Assembly (NCBI RefSeq): GCF_963921235.1
Contig: NC_086109.1
Location: forward strand, 33,668,001-33,732,000
Source: Mobula hypostoma
Lineage: Eukaryota
Reading direction: 5' to 3'
DNA: 64,000 nucleotides
Shown here: positions 49,600-61,004 of the stretch, piece by piece
Layout: every line of letters starts with the position of its first letter
Position numbering within the stretch: position 1 is the first letter of the stretch
Notes under the pieces: model-generated
What the model saw: the letters and a program-made list of their open reading frames with translations, nothing else
Told to the model about the DNA's origin: nothing
Databases searched by the model: none
Made by a program: the position numbers and the translations under genes

Positions 49600-50560
49600 C
49601 ACAAAGCACTTCTACCATCTCCGATGAAATCCCACCACCAAGCACACCTTTCCCTTCTCCCCCACCCCCGCCCCCACTTTCTGCTTTTGCAAGAATCAAT
49701 CCTCAAGTGACTCGCTTGTCCGTTCATCCCTCCCCACTGAACTCCCTCCTGGCCCTTATCCGTGCAAGCAGAACAAGTGTCACACTTGCCCCTACACCTC
49801 CTCCCTCACAAATAATCAGAGCACCAAACAGTCCTTCCAGGTGAGGTGACACTTCACCTGTGAGTCTGTTGGGATTATCTACTTTATCCGGTGCTCCCGG
49901 TGTGGTCTCCTGTATATCAGTGAGACCTGACGCAGATTGGGAGACTGCTTCGCCGAGAATCTACACTCTGCCCTCCAGAAAAAGTGGGATCTCCCAGTGA
50001 TCAGCCATTTCAATTCCACTTCCCATTTCCCATTCCAACATGTCAGTCCATGACCTCCTCTACTACTGTGATAAGGCCACAGTCAGGTTGGAGGAGCAAC
50101 ACCTTATATCCCGTTTGGGTAGCCTCCAACCTGATGGCATGAACATTGATTTCTCGACTTTCCAGTAATTGCACCCCACCTCGGCTTCACCATTCCCCAA
50201 TACCATTTCCCTCTCTCATCTTATCTCCTTACCTGTCCATCACCTTTCTCTTGTGCCCCTCCCCCTTCCCTTTCTTCCATGGCCTTTTGTCCTCTCCTTT
50301 CAGATTCCTCCTTCTCTAGCCCTGTATCTCTTTCACCAGCCAACTTCATAGCTCTTTACTTCACACCTCCCCCTCTTCCGGTTTCAGCTGTCACCTACTA
50401 TCCTGTAGTTCTTTCTCCCCTCCCCCCTCCTTCTTAATCTGACCTTGCAACCCTTTTTCCAGTCCTGATGAAGCATTTTGGCCCAAAGCATCGACTATTT
50501 ACTCTTTTTCATAGATGCAGTCTAACCTGCTGAGTTCTTCCAGTATTTTTTGTGTATAAC
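49600..50560 (+). mobile_element. Penelope-like element (family 1) GIY-YIG and 3' tail
   Basis: HFTCESVGIIYFIRCSRCGLLYISET*RRLGDCFAE at ~49850-49957; pyrimidine-rich tail; decayed hammerhead AGTCCTGATGAAGCATTTTGGCCCAAAGCATCGACT (50461-50496). Confidence 0.9.
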
Positions 50561-53102
50561 CTTCAAAATAACTAGTTTTTATATGAGCCTGTAATCATAC
50601 AGTATCTGTAAAGAGGCTTCAATAGACAATGCTGTGTGCAAAGTCCTCAAATGATGAAGTCACAGGGAAGCACATCCTCTTTATTTTGTAATAAACACAA
50701 AGCCAATATCATCACCTGTAGTTAAATTTAAGGCGAGTTTAACAATAACAATGTCACAACATTTCTGCTAAAAGAATAACCTGAGTCACTGAGAAATTAA
50801 ATGGCTTTGCAATACAGCTTGTGTGCTATCAACCCTACCTCGCAAATTACTTTTACAACATTAATATGGTATTAGTTCTAATTTTAAACAGTCTTTGTAT
50901 TGCAACATAATCCATTCTGGCAGATATAGATTTGAATTGTACTGAAATAAAATGCCATATATGCCAACATTCAATGATACTAGAATTCTTTGTTAGAGGA
51001 TTAGAACTGAAGAGCAAAGAATTTTTGACCAATTTACTGGGCTGCTGTTCTGATTACAGAAAAATGTGGAATGGTGAGATGACAGAATTAGTAAGATTTC
51101 CTATATAACAGAATATGCTGCTATTTTCCAATTAATTAAACATATTTAGAACCTGGGTTATACACAATGCCAACAATGCTCCTCAGAATTTCTATAGGCA
51201 GTGATGAACATTTTGAATGATTTATAAGGTATTAGAATATATTTCAGGAAACATTGAACATGCCAAGGCTTTTTATTCCAGGAGACAAAAGAATAAAATA
51301 TAATTTAGAAAGGGTGTAATCATGAAAAAGTTACATAGGATATTATGTTTTGTAACTCCAAAAACTAATTGAAAATAAAACACGAGAACCTAGAAAACAT
51401 GCCTACTTCAGTGAGGTGCTCACTTATGACATGGTGGCATAATGATGTATGTCATTCCTGTATATTTACATAATGAATTATGTAAACAAACAAAGAATGA
51501 TTAATCAAACAATAGATTTACAATATTGCTTAGATATTACTAAAATGGTAAATACGCTACACTCTTCCCTGCTTAGCTATAAACTCCAACTCAATATGGA
51601 ATGCATCTTAACTCAAATATGTAACATATTGCTCTCTAGGCAACTTATATACAGTATATACACTTATAAACACACAGTATGCAATATAATACAAGTACTA
51701 TATACTGACATCTATATCATAGTAAATTTTAAATTGTCCCACTCAGGCCTAAAGATTTAACCTCTGTGGAAGATTTCTTACTCTTGTGGGATAACACCTT
51801 TCCTGACAAGGTGGGTCACTCTGCTTGGCAGGTGAGACTTGTGGCTGTGAAACAATCTCAGGTTCTGGGGCCTCCTCCATGGTGGTTGCAGGAGTTGAAT
51901 CTAGAACTGCAGGAGGAGGTTCTGATAGCTCCGGACAACTTTTTTCCATCCCGAACAGTGCAAGAATGCTTGATCTGCCGATTTATCCCAGGCCAGCAGA
52001 CAAAGCATTGGGCAACTTTCATTTTCACCATGCCTAGGTGACCAGCATGTAGCTCCTCCAGCACTTTAGCGCTCAGCTTGGATGGTACAACAACTCTCAA
52101 TCCCCACATAAGGAAACCTCTGTCAAGGACAAGTGCACCCTGACGCTGGTAAAAATGGGGAAACTGAGAATTCTGCTGCATATTCTAGTCATTTTTGGCT
52201 GCGATGTAGACCTGAGATAGTGTGGGATCTTTTCTGGTTTCTCTTTGGACCATCTCTGTTGTAATTGGGAGACTTTCAAATTGCGTTTGGGACAATATGT
52301 CAAGAGGAGGTATTCTTCTCTTTTGAAATTTTTCAGGTATTTCCTTTTCCAAGGGTAAATGGGACAATCTGTTAGCATTTCCATGATTAGTTGTCCTCTT
52401 GAATTTGACCTTGTAGTTGTATCCTACAAGAAACAGAGCCCACCTCTGCACTCGTGCTGCTGCTGTTAGTGGAACACACTTCCATGGGTTGAGAATGGAC
52501 ACCAGTCATTGATGATCAGCGATAAGGGTAAACTTTCCCTCATACAGGTAACGGTTGAAAAGCTTTACACCCCATACTTCTCTGTCATTCTGTGCATAAC
52601 TTTTCTCTGAGGCGGTAAGGGATCGTGATGAAAAGGCTATGGGGCGTTCACTTCCATCACTCATAGCATGTGACATGAATGCATCTATATCATAAGGTGA
52701 GGTGCCACAAGCAAGCTTCACTGGATTATCTGGAGTAGGTACAGAGTTTGATGTCACCATTTCCTCAACCTTTTGGAAAGCCACCTCACATTGCTATTTC
52801 TTCCTGAAATGTAGTAATGAGTTTAAGGGGTGGAGCACAGTATCCAGGTTTGACAGGAATCTGTTATGGTAATTGACATGTCCTTAAAAATCCTGCAACT
52901 GTGATACCTCCTTTGGCCTTGGGGCATCCACCACTGCCTGAATTTTCTCAGCACACTCGTGTAATCCTTGTGCCTCAATGATGTGATGTCAATATGTGAT
53001 ACGCAAACAACAGGAATTCTGCAGATGCTGGAAATTCAAGCAACACACATCAAAGTTGCTGGTGAACACAGCAGGCCAGGCAGCATCTCTAGGAAGAGGT
53101 AC

Positions 53103-53138
53103 AGTCGACGTTTCAGGCCGAGACCCTTCGTCAGGACT
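53103..53138 (-). ncRNA. Minimal type I hammerhead ribozyme motif, core intact
   Basis: Minus strand AGTC CTGACGA AGGGTCTCGGCCT GAAAC GTC GACT: stem I AGTC/GACT, CUGANGA box, stem II AGG/CCT, GAAA box, GUC cleavage triplet, minimal palindromic stem III (ACGT). Confidence 0.8.
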
Positions 53139-54121
53139 AACTGAAGGAAGAGTTAGTAAGAGATTTGAAAGTGAGAGGGGGAGGGGGAGATCCAAAATGA
53201 TAGGAGAAGACAGGAGGGGGAGGGATGGAGCCAAGAGCTGGACAGGTGATTGGCAAAGGGGATATGAGAGGATCATGGGACAGGAGGTCCGGGGAGAAAG
53301 TCAAGGATGTGGAATTAAAATATGTGGCCACTGGGAGATCCTGCTTTCTCTGGCGGACAGAGCGTAGATGTTCAGCAAAGCTGTCTCCCAGTCTGCGTCG
53401 GGTCTCGCCAATATATAGAAGGCCACATCGGGAGCACCGGACGCAGTATATTACCCCAGCCGACTCACAGGTGAAGTGTCGCCTCACCTGGAAGGACTGT
53501 CTGGGGCCCTGAATGGTGGTAAGGGAGGAAGTGTAAGGGCATGTGTAGCACTTGCTCCGCCTACGAGGATAAGTGCCAGGAGGGAGATCAGTGGGGAGGG
53601 ATTGGGGGGATGGACAAGTGGACAAGGGAGTCTGCAAGAGAAAGCAGGATCTCCCAGTGTCCACACATTTTAATTCCACATCCCATTCCCATTCTGACAT
53701 GTCTACCACGACCTCCTCTACTGTAAAGATGAAGCCACACTCAGGTTGGAGGAACAACACCTCATATTCCGTCTGGGTAGCCTCCAACCTGATGGCATGA
53801 ACATCCACTTCTCTAACTTCCGCTAATGCCCCACCTCCCCCTCGTACCCCGTCCGTTATTTATTTTTATACACACATTCCTTCTTTCACTCTCCTTTTTC
53901 TCCCTCTGTCCCTCTAACTATACCCCTCGCCCATCCTCTGGGTTCCCCCCCCACCTTGTCTTTCTCCCTGGGCCTCCTGTCCCATGATCCTCTCATATCC
54001 CCTTTGCCAATCACCTGTCCAGCTCTTGGCTCCATCCCTCCCCCTCCTGTCTTCTCCTATCATTTTGGATCTCCCCCTCCCCCTCTCACTTTCAAATCTC
54101 TTACTAACTCTTCCCTCAGTT

Positions 54122-54157
54122 AGTCCTGACGAAGGGTCTCGGCCTGAAAGGTCGACT
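54122..54157 (+). ncRNA. Second copy of the minimal hammerhead, one substitution (GAAAC to GAAAG)
   Basis: AGTCCTGACGAAGGGTCTCGGCCTGAAAGGTCGACT. Confidence 0.65.
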
Positions 54158-55197
54158 GTACCTCAATATGTGATATTTGGTTTAAAGAATTCAGACTTCT
54201 AGCATCATGCTCTGAGCCAATAATCTTCAAATCTTTCTTGTCTTGAGACTTTGGAGATGTTCCTTGTCACCCTTACCAGTAACAACGACGTCATTCAGAT
54301 AACACAGAGTGCCTGGACAGCCTTGCAGCACCTAGTCCTTAGCTTTCTGGAAGAGTTCAGGTGTAGATTCTACTCCTAAAACAAGCTTATTATAATGATA
54401 AAGCCCTTTGCGAGGGTTTATTTTGAAAATCACTTTGGACTCTTCTTCCATCTTCATCTGTAGGTTGGCCTCAGCTAAGTCCTCTTTGCTGAAGTGCTTC
54501 TCCAGAAAGATTTGCAGATATAGACAGAGAATATTGATCTACTTTCACTACTGGGTTGATGATGACCTTAAGATCACGGCAGAGTCTGGCGGACCCATCC
54601 TTCATGACTACTGGGACAACTGGCGTTGCCCATGGACTACATTCAATCTTGGAAAGAATTCCTTCAGCCTCCATGCAATCTGGCTCATGGCTATTTTATC
54701 GTGGATGGTATAAGGAACCAGAAAAGCTTTGTAAAACTTGGGTGTGGCATTTTCATTTAACACTATTTTACCTTTGATATGCTTGAGTTTTCTAATCCCA
54801 TCCTTGAACACAGCTGTGGCATCATTCAATACCTTTCTTAAATTGCTTTCAGTTGGCACTATTGCAGAGGATGTGGCATGGAAATGATGGGTGGATCTCC
54901 AATCAAGTTGGAGATATCTCAGCCATTCACAACCACAGAACACTAGCCCTTTTGCTTTTACCACATGCAAGACCAGCATGGCTTGTTGGTTGTTGTATTT
55001 CACAGTTATGCAAGTCATTTCCACAGGAGATCTTTTCTCCAGTATATGGTTTTAGTTGGCTATCTTCAGGCATCAGGTCAGTATCTTTGAAAGGCCATTC
55101 AAACACATTTTGTAGAATGATTAAAACAGCTAAACTGGTGTCCAATTCCATTTGAATTAAACTGCCATTCATTTCTGATGTAAGCCATGTGCCCCGC

Positions 55198-55322
55198 TGC
55201 AGTGTCTTGGCCTGAAACATCGACTGTACTCTTTTCCATAGATGCTGCCTGGCCTGCTGAGTTCCTCCAGTATTTTGTGTGTGTTGCTTGGATTTCCAGC
55301 ACCTGCAGGTTTTCTCTTGTTT
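55198..55322 (+). mobile_element. Short Penelope-type tail inserted in Gypsy gag/protease junction
   Basis: GTCTTGGCCTGAAACATCGACTGTACTC...AGATGCTGCCTGGCCTGCTGAGTTCCTCCAG...GGATTTCCAGCA. Confidence 0.85.
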
Positions 55323-55637
55323 TTACCTGTCTCCTGTTAATTTTTACATGGTGAATCTCAAGGCTACTCGGTCCTGTGTCACTCTCATCATTATCAGATT
55401 GTTCATCAAAAGCATGCAGATTAGTGCTCCTTTTGAAACTGCAAGTTGACTTTTTTACCTTTTTCTCTTCCCTCTGCAGTCCACTTATTTATGACTGACT
55501 GACAAAATATTTGTATGCGTCATAGTTTGTTGCATTTTCTGAAAATTTCACCTTCAAAGCTGCGTTGTTCTGGTAAATATGAGCCCCTGCCTCAACAGTA
55601 ACAGAACTTATTTGGCCAGGCTGGCCTCTGCCTAGAC

Positions 55638-55718
55638 CAGAGATTCCCATCCTGGGGTCCACAGACCCCTTGGTTAATGGTAGGAGTCCATGGGCATAAA
55701 CAAGGTTGGCAAACCCCG
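55638..55718. mobile_element. ~80-bp hAT/Charlie-type MITE, older copy
   Basis: Homologous to 63524-63603 (CCTGGGGTCCACAGA...GGCATAAA..AGGTTG); decayed 8-bp TSD GCCTAGAC/GTTTTGAC. Confidence 0.75.
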
Positions 55719-56059
55719 GTTTTGACTCCGCAATTTTGTTCCTTGAAAGTGAGTCCGTAGTTGAGGAATCAGTTCAGTATTTACCTGAATGAAGAACCAA
55801 CACTGTTTCAGTAAACTGATGGTTGAAAAATAATAACTGTTCCTGAGCTGGTGGTGTGCGACCTAGGGCTCCTGTATGTCCTTCACAATGGCAGCAGTAA
55901 GAAGAGAGTGTGGTCCACATGGTGAGGTCCTTGATGATGATGCTGCTTTCTTGATCTTTCGCACTTCTTGAGTGACCAATTTTATGCTAACTGGCCTACA
56001 GCTTTAAGCTTTCTCAGAATCAGAATTAGGCTTAACAACACCGTCATATGTTGTGAAAT

Positions 56060-56592
56060 TTTTGGGCCCATATCTCAGAAAGGATGTGTTGTTGTTGGAG
56101 AGAGTCCAGAGGAGGTTCACAAGGATGAGTTTGGGAATGAAGGGATTAACATGTGAGGAGCGTTTGGCAGTTCGGGTCTGTACTCACTGAAATTTAGAAG
56201 AATGTAGGAGGATCTTATTGAAACCTACCAAATGTTGAAAGGACTAGATAGGGTGGATGTGGAGAGGATGTTTCCTATGGTGGAGGTATCCAGAACTAGA
56301 GGGCACAGCCTCAAAATTGAGGGGTGACCTTTTAGAACAGAGGTAAAGAGGACATTTTTAGCTAGCGAGCAGTGAATCTGTGGAATGCTCTGCCACAAAC
56401 TGTGGTGGAGGTCAAGTCTGTGGGTATGTTTAAAGCGGAAGTTGATAGTTTCCTGATTGGTCTGGGCATCAAAGGATATGGCGAGAAGACAGGTGTATGG
56501 GATTGAGCGGGATCTGGGATCAACCAGGATGGAATGGCAGAGCAGACTTGATGGGCTGAATGGCCTAATTCTGCTTCTATGTCTTATGGTCT
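56060..56592 (+). mobile_element. CR1 3' end
   Basis: TTTTGGGCCCCATATCTCAGAAAGGATGTG...GAGAGAGTCCAGAGGAGGTTCAC; tail CTATGTCTTATGGTCT. Confidence 0.9.
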
Positions 56593-57334
56593 ATCTGCTC
56601 GTCAACAGACTATGAATCTCCTAGTCCACCTATGGTGATGTGGGTATGTCCAGTATATTTTTGAAGGCCATACTCCAGCAGTCTGTCCTTATCAGAATTA
56701 TAGAAGGCTAGGAGGGTGTGTAGCAAGGGTTCCAATGAGTATGAACCTATATCCTTTCTGTAGACAATATCATATGTGTTAGTAGCCCAGTATTCTGATG
56801 AAGTTTTGTAGCATTGCTTGTTACCAATCACTTCAGAGAGCTCAAGCTCAGATGATTTAGCCTCCTGCTAGACCTGTTCAGGGTTCGAGCTGCTTGACGG
56901 TCCCGTCCAAAGTATTTGCAGTCTTTACAACTCACTAGCTGACATGTTGTAGCCTCAGGGGAAAGTATTCTGGAAGTGGATGATGCAAAGAGTGAACTAA
57001 GAGACTGCTCAGAGATGATAACTTGTCATATGAATTTTGTTTGGCTTGTACCTCTCATTGTGGGCAAGATCAAAGTTATGGGGAGAAGGTAGGGGAATGG
57101 GGTTGAGAGGGATAATAAATCAGCCATGATGGAATGACAGAGCAGACTCAATTGGATGAATGACCGAGTTCACATCACTTTGAGTCAAGGGACAGGATTT
57201 TTTCCCCCTGGGAGAATAGATAAGAATGTTCACCATACAAATGGAAGCGTACAAGAAAATTTCACTCTGTCAAGGGCATTTAGGGACACAAGATAGCCTT
57301 GCCAATCGCATCACATCCTTTGAGTGAATAAAAA

Positions 57335-57960
57335 AACTGCATGCGCATGCCTTTTAATGAAACAACAAAAGAGCCAGCCTCATAAATGCATGCTCTGATT
57401 GAGAGGCTCGCTCTTTCAAAACACGTTCATAAAATCAGCCTCTGTAGTACACTGCTGAATCCTAATGGTGGCAGATAATGAGCCCTTACAATTGTGGTTC
57501 ACTCATGACAGAGCCAGAAGATATATCGTGCACAGCTGGAATCCAATTAACAGGGCTATTTTCTCCACAGAGATTTATTTTTTGCTGTGGGCGTCTGCTT
57601 GGCTCCAGTTTTTTTATGGAAGGCCTATAAAAGTGTGCATCTTGCAGTCTGTACCTTGCTTCATTGAGTCATTTGTAGCACACCATGAGGAGCTATAAAA
57701 GCATACTCTGCTCATAAAGCACATCGTATTTCAGTGCTCACTCGGATAGTTGTTCTTCTAAAGAGAAAACTTTGGCTCCGCTTAACTAATAGAGCACCTG
57801 AAAAAAGAAATATTTGCAAGTAATTTTGACATACATTTTCAATAATTTATTCCAGGTGAATGCAATCATTCAGTGCTGTGGAAACATTTTTTTTTGTTTC
57901 TAGAAAAGACTTGAAGCCATCAATAAAAAGGACACAATGTGCGCAAAATTTACGAACACC
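57335..57960. promoter_or_regulatory. Candidate enhancer / conserved non-coding element with clustered Cdx/posterior-Hox motifs
   Basis: Non-repeat sequence with CTCATAAA (57379, 57711), TTCATAAAA (57426), TTTTATGG (57612), CCTATAAAA (57624), GCTATAAAA (57692), CAATAAAA (57921), TTTACGA (57949), TGAGTCA (57665). Confidence 0.35.
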
Positions 57961-58239
57961 AGTAAAATGCAAAACCACACATGAAACACAATAACTTACT
58001 ATAAAGCAATCTCACAACACCATTACAGATAAAACAAACTCACTTCTGAGTGAAAGGAATGGAAGCTAGTTTACAGTGTACTGTGAAGAGCTAAACAATA
58101 ATGGTGTGTTATTTATAATTATGTTACTTAATCTTGTGTTATGCCTGTCAAATAGTAATATAATTTCTGCTTTGTTCTTCCATTGTACTCAGTAGAAACT
58201 TTCTACTGGAAGTTTCAGCTGTATTTCTCTAAAACTTAG

Positions 58240-58317
58240 ATTACTAGTGCTGCACCTGATTTCATTCATTGCTGTCTAAAAGATGGAACCTTGTCTAAGA
58301 AATTGCATGTGATAAAG
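58240..58317 (+). other. Candidate exon C (78 nt, phase 0-0)
   Basis: TTTCTCTAAAACTTAG acceptor, donor AAG|GTAAGA, open frame ITSAAPDFIHCCLKDGTLSKKLHVIK. Confidence 0.3.
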
Positions 58318-58719
58318 GTAAGACTGTGCTCATTCTCAAATTCCCATGCAATTTTTGATGCATTTATTGTTTATTAAAGGTTATAATGAAGAAAATTCAA
58401 GCAACATTAATGTAATAAAACCATGAGACCATTTACCATTTCTAATAAATACAAAACCTTTAGTTTTTTGCAGTGCGCAGAACAACTAAACTGAAAGTAG
58501 TAAGTAAATATGGATAATGATTTTTAATCCTTCACAATTTATTTTTGTCCTCCTGTGAATAAAGAACAGCGGTTGACCACATAAACCGGGCATGACATGC
58601 AAAGCAGACGGTAGAAGATTGGACGTTAATTAGCAGTTGCTAAACTCATCTCTATGGATCAGTTGCTTTGCTACTTTGGTTGCAGTATTTATTTCAGTGT
58701 CATTCTTGTCCGACATATA

Positions 58720-59477
58720 CAAGCGGTGATTGATAAGTTCGTGGCCTAAGGTAGACAGAGTCAATTTTAGTAAACCTAGCATGATTATTTTTCAACATAG
58801 TCCCCTCCTACATTTACACACTTAGTCCAGCGGTCGTGGAGCATACGGATCTTGAACCTCCAGAAAGTGTCCACAGCAGGTGGTGATTGATAAGTTCGTG
58901 GCCTAAGGTAGAAGGAAATGAGTTATACAGCTCTCGTTACGTGCACGTGCAGTTCAACTCTTTGAGTGATTATGCAGAAAGTTTGAAGTTAATAACTCAT
59001 CAGGGATGATTGATAAGTTCCTGGCCTACGGTAGAAGGAGATGAGTTATTAACTTCAAACTTTCTGCATAATCACTCAGAGTTGAACAACATGTGCATGT
59101 AACGAGAGCTGAAAACTCACCTCCTTCTACCTTAGGCCACGAACTTATCAATCACCCCTGCTGTGGACACTTTCTGGAGATCCAAGATCCGTATGCTCCA
59201 CGACCGGATAAATGGGACAGATACATGGATGGGAGGTGTATGGAGGGATATGGTCCGTGTGCAGGTCAGTGGGACTAGGCAGAAAATGGTTCGGCACAGC
59301 CGAGAAGGGCCAAAAGGCTGTTTCTGTGCTGTAGTTTTTCTATGGTTTCTATGGTTTCTATGACGGTTGGACTAAGTGTGTAAATGTAGGAGGGGACTAT
59401 GTTGAAAAATAAATGTGCTAGGTTTTCTAAAATTGACTCCTTCTACCTTAGGCCACAAACTTATCAATCACCCTTCG
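58720..59477. mobile_element. Fold-back (palindromic) mariner-type MITE with five TIR copies
   Basis: TA at 58718-58719 and 59478-59479; arms 58720-59001 and 59040-59477 are reverse complements; GGTGATTGATAAGTTCGTGGCCTAAGGTAGAAGGA at ~58725, 58882, 59004 and inverted at ~59123-59157 and 59438-59473. Confidence 0.92.
59207..59361 (+). mobile_element. 155-bp CR1 3' end inserted in the MITE right arm
   Basis: Near-identical to 46669-46820; (TTTCTATGG)n tail; GACCG/GACGG flanks. Confidence 0.92.
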
Positions 59478-59744
59478 TAAGTACCTAAGGCAAGAGACTG
59501 TCTTTTGCACAGATAAAGGGACTAAGATGAGTGGAGCTAATGTATCTGTGAAGTAGGAAGATGAAGTATTAATCACAGAGCATGGCAGCAGAGGGCTGCT
59601 GACTTTATATGTGGGAAGTGTAGCCTCCTTTATGTGATCTGACTCTCTGGAGTACCGTTCCATAATTTTCTCATGCTCTGATTTGCTGGTCATAGATGCC
59701 ACCTGTAAGCTAAATAATACACCAGCAGAACAGATGACTTGAGT

Positions 59745-60190
59745 GATACTGCTTTACCTACTGCGCTTTACACCACTGGTGCTTAGGACAGCAATGAAGG
59801 TTCTCCGTCTCAGTCTGTCCTTGGCCATCTTCCCTGCTGTGCTCCAGGTGTGGTTCGGGGACTTCATTTCTGCCTCTAGAGTACAGTGCCAAGTTGTCTT
59901 TGGTCTCCTGCATTTCATCCGCTCTTCAGGGGTCTGGTGAGGTGCTGTCTTGATGATGGAGTTGGCCTCTACTCTCATCACATGCCCAATCCCTCTCCAA
60001 CATTTCCTCATGCTGATTGCTGTCATGTCCTCTTGGTGACACTGAAGGATTAGGGTGTGGTTGGAGATCCTTCTTAGCCTGAAAGCGTAGAGGATCTTCC
60101 GGAGGCTCATGGTGTGGAATGACGACAGCCTGGCAAGAACACAGCTCTGGTACAGCTTCACCTTTGGTGTGGATGCTGTACTTGGATGAT
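59745..60190 (-). mobile_element. RTE-clade LINE 3' end
   Basis: ORF 59754..60161: KLYQSCVL...LSSFHTMSLRKIL...WRGIGHVMR...RPKTTWHCTLEAEM...AKDRLRRRTFIAVL. Confidence 0.85.
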
Positions 60191-60191
60191 A

Positions 60192-60945
60192 TCAGAATCA
60201 GAATCCTTTATTATCACCAAGTATGTGGACACATACAGGGAATTTGATGCCAGTTTCCCTGAGCTCTCGCTGTACAGAATCAAAAAGCAAACAAAACAAT
60301 AGTGCAAATAATCATGAACTATATACAATGAGGTCTACCTGTGTATGTACAGGTGGACTTGGTTTATAATAGACTAAAATTCAAGTGTTCATAAGACTGA
60401 TGGCATATGGAAAGAAACTGTTTTTGTACCTATTTGTCCTGGCATACAGTGATCTAAAGCGCCTACCAGAAGGAAGGAGTTGGAACAGGTGATGTCCAGG
60501 ATGTGATGGGTCTACAATGATGCTGCTTGCTCGCTTCCTGACTCTAGATGCATATAAGTCCTGGATCGAGGGCAGCTTCACACCAATAATCCTTTCTGCA
60601 GCCCTGACGGTTCTTTGGAGTCTATTCTTGCCTTGTTTCGTAGCTGATCCAAACCAGACAGTGATGGACGAACAGAGAACAGACTGGATTATTCCTGAAT
60701 AGAATTGAATCAGCAGCTCCTGAGGCAGGTTGTACTTCCTGAGTTGACGTAGGAAATACAACTTCTGCTGAGAATTTTTGATAAGTGTGACACGTTGGGT
60801 GTCCACTTCAGGTCCTGGGAGATTGTGACACCCAGAAACCTGAAGGTCTCCACAGCAGACACAGTACTGTTGAGTATAGTGAGTGGGGGGGAGTATTGGG
60901 GAGCTCCTCCTGAAGTCCACTGTCATCTCCACAGTCTTCACCTTA
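60192..60945 (-). mobile_element. Rex1-type LINE 3' end (third subfamily)
   Basis: ORF 60381..60941: KTVEMTVDFRR...LYFLRQLRKYNL...SSITVWFG...DPSHPGHHLFQLLPSGRRFRS...YKNSFFP; (TTCTGA)n tail. Confidence 0.92.
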
Positions 60946-61004
60946 TATCCTCACCTTATAGTTTACTCAGCCTTCTATAGACTATGAGCCAGGTTGCAGC
61001 TCTT

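Larger units (their letters stand above)
53002..54162. mobile_element. Penelope-like element (family 1): inverted pair of 3' ends nested in Gypsy RT
   Basis: Minus copy 53002-~53620 with FTCESAGVIYCVRCSRCGLLYIGETRRRLGDSFAEH; plus copy ~53628-54162; 13-bp TSD TCAATATGTGATA at 52989-53001 and 54163-54175. Confidence 0.93.
51341..55745 (-). mobile_element. Ty3/Gypsy retrotransposon, decayed: gag knuckles, protease, RT, RNase H, partial integrase, 3' LTR
   Basis: MELDTSLAV (54927..55220), SPWATPVVPVVMKDGSARLC (54471..54674), SDGSERPIAFSSRSLTASEKSYAQ (52506..52784), AARVQRWALFL (52185..52502), LEELHAGHLGMVKMK...WPGI (51858..52181), RYPTRVRNLPQRLNL end; PPT AAGCAGGGAAGAG (51562-51574) next to LTR 51341-51561. 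Confidence 0.92.

Noticed and set aside
57465..57698. 77-aa ORF in unique sequence
   Set aside because: No recognisable motif or convincing splice sites; length is within chance expectation.
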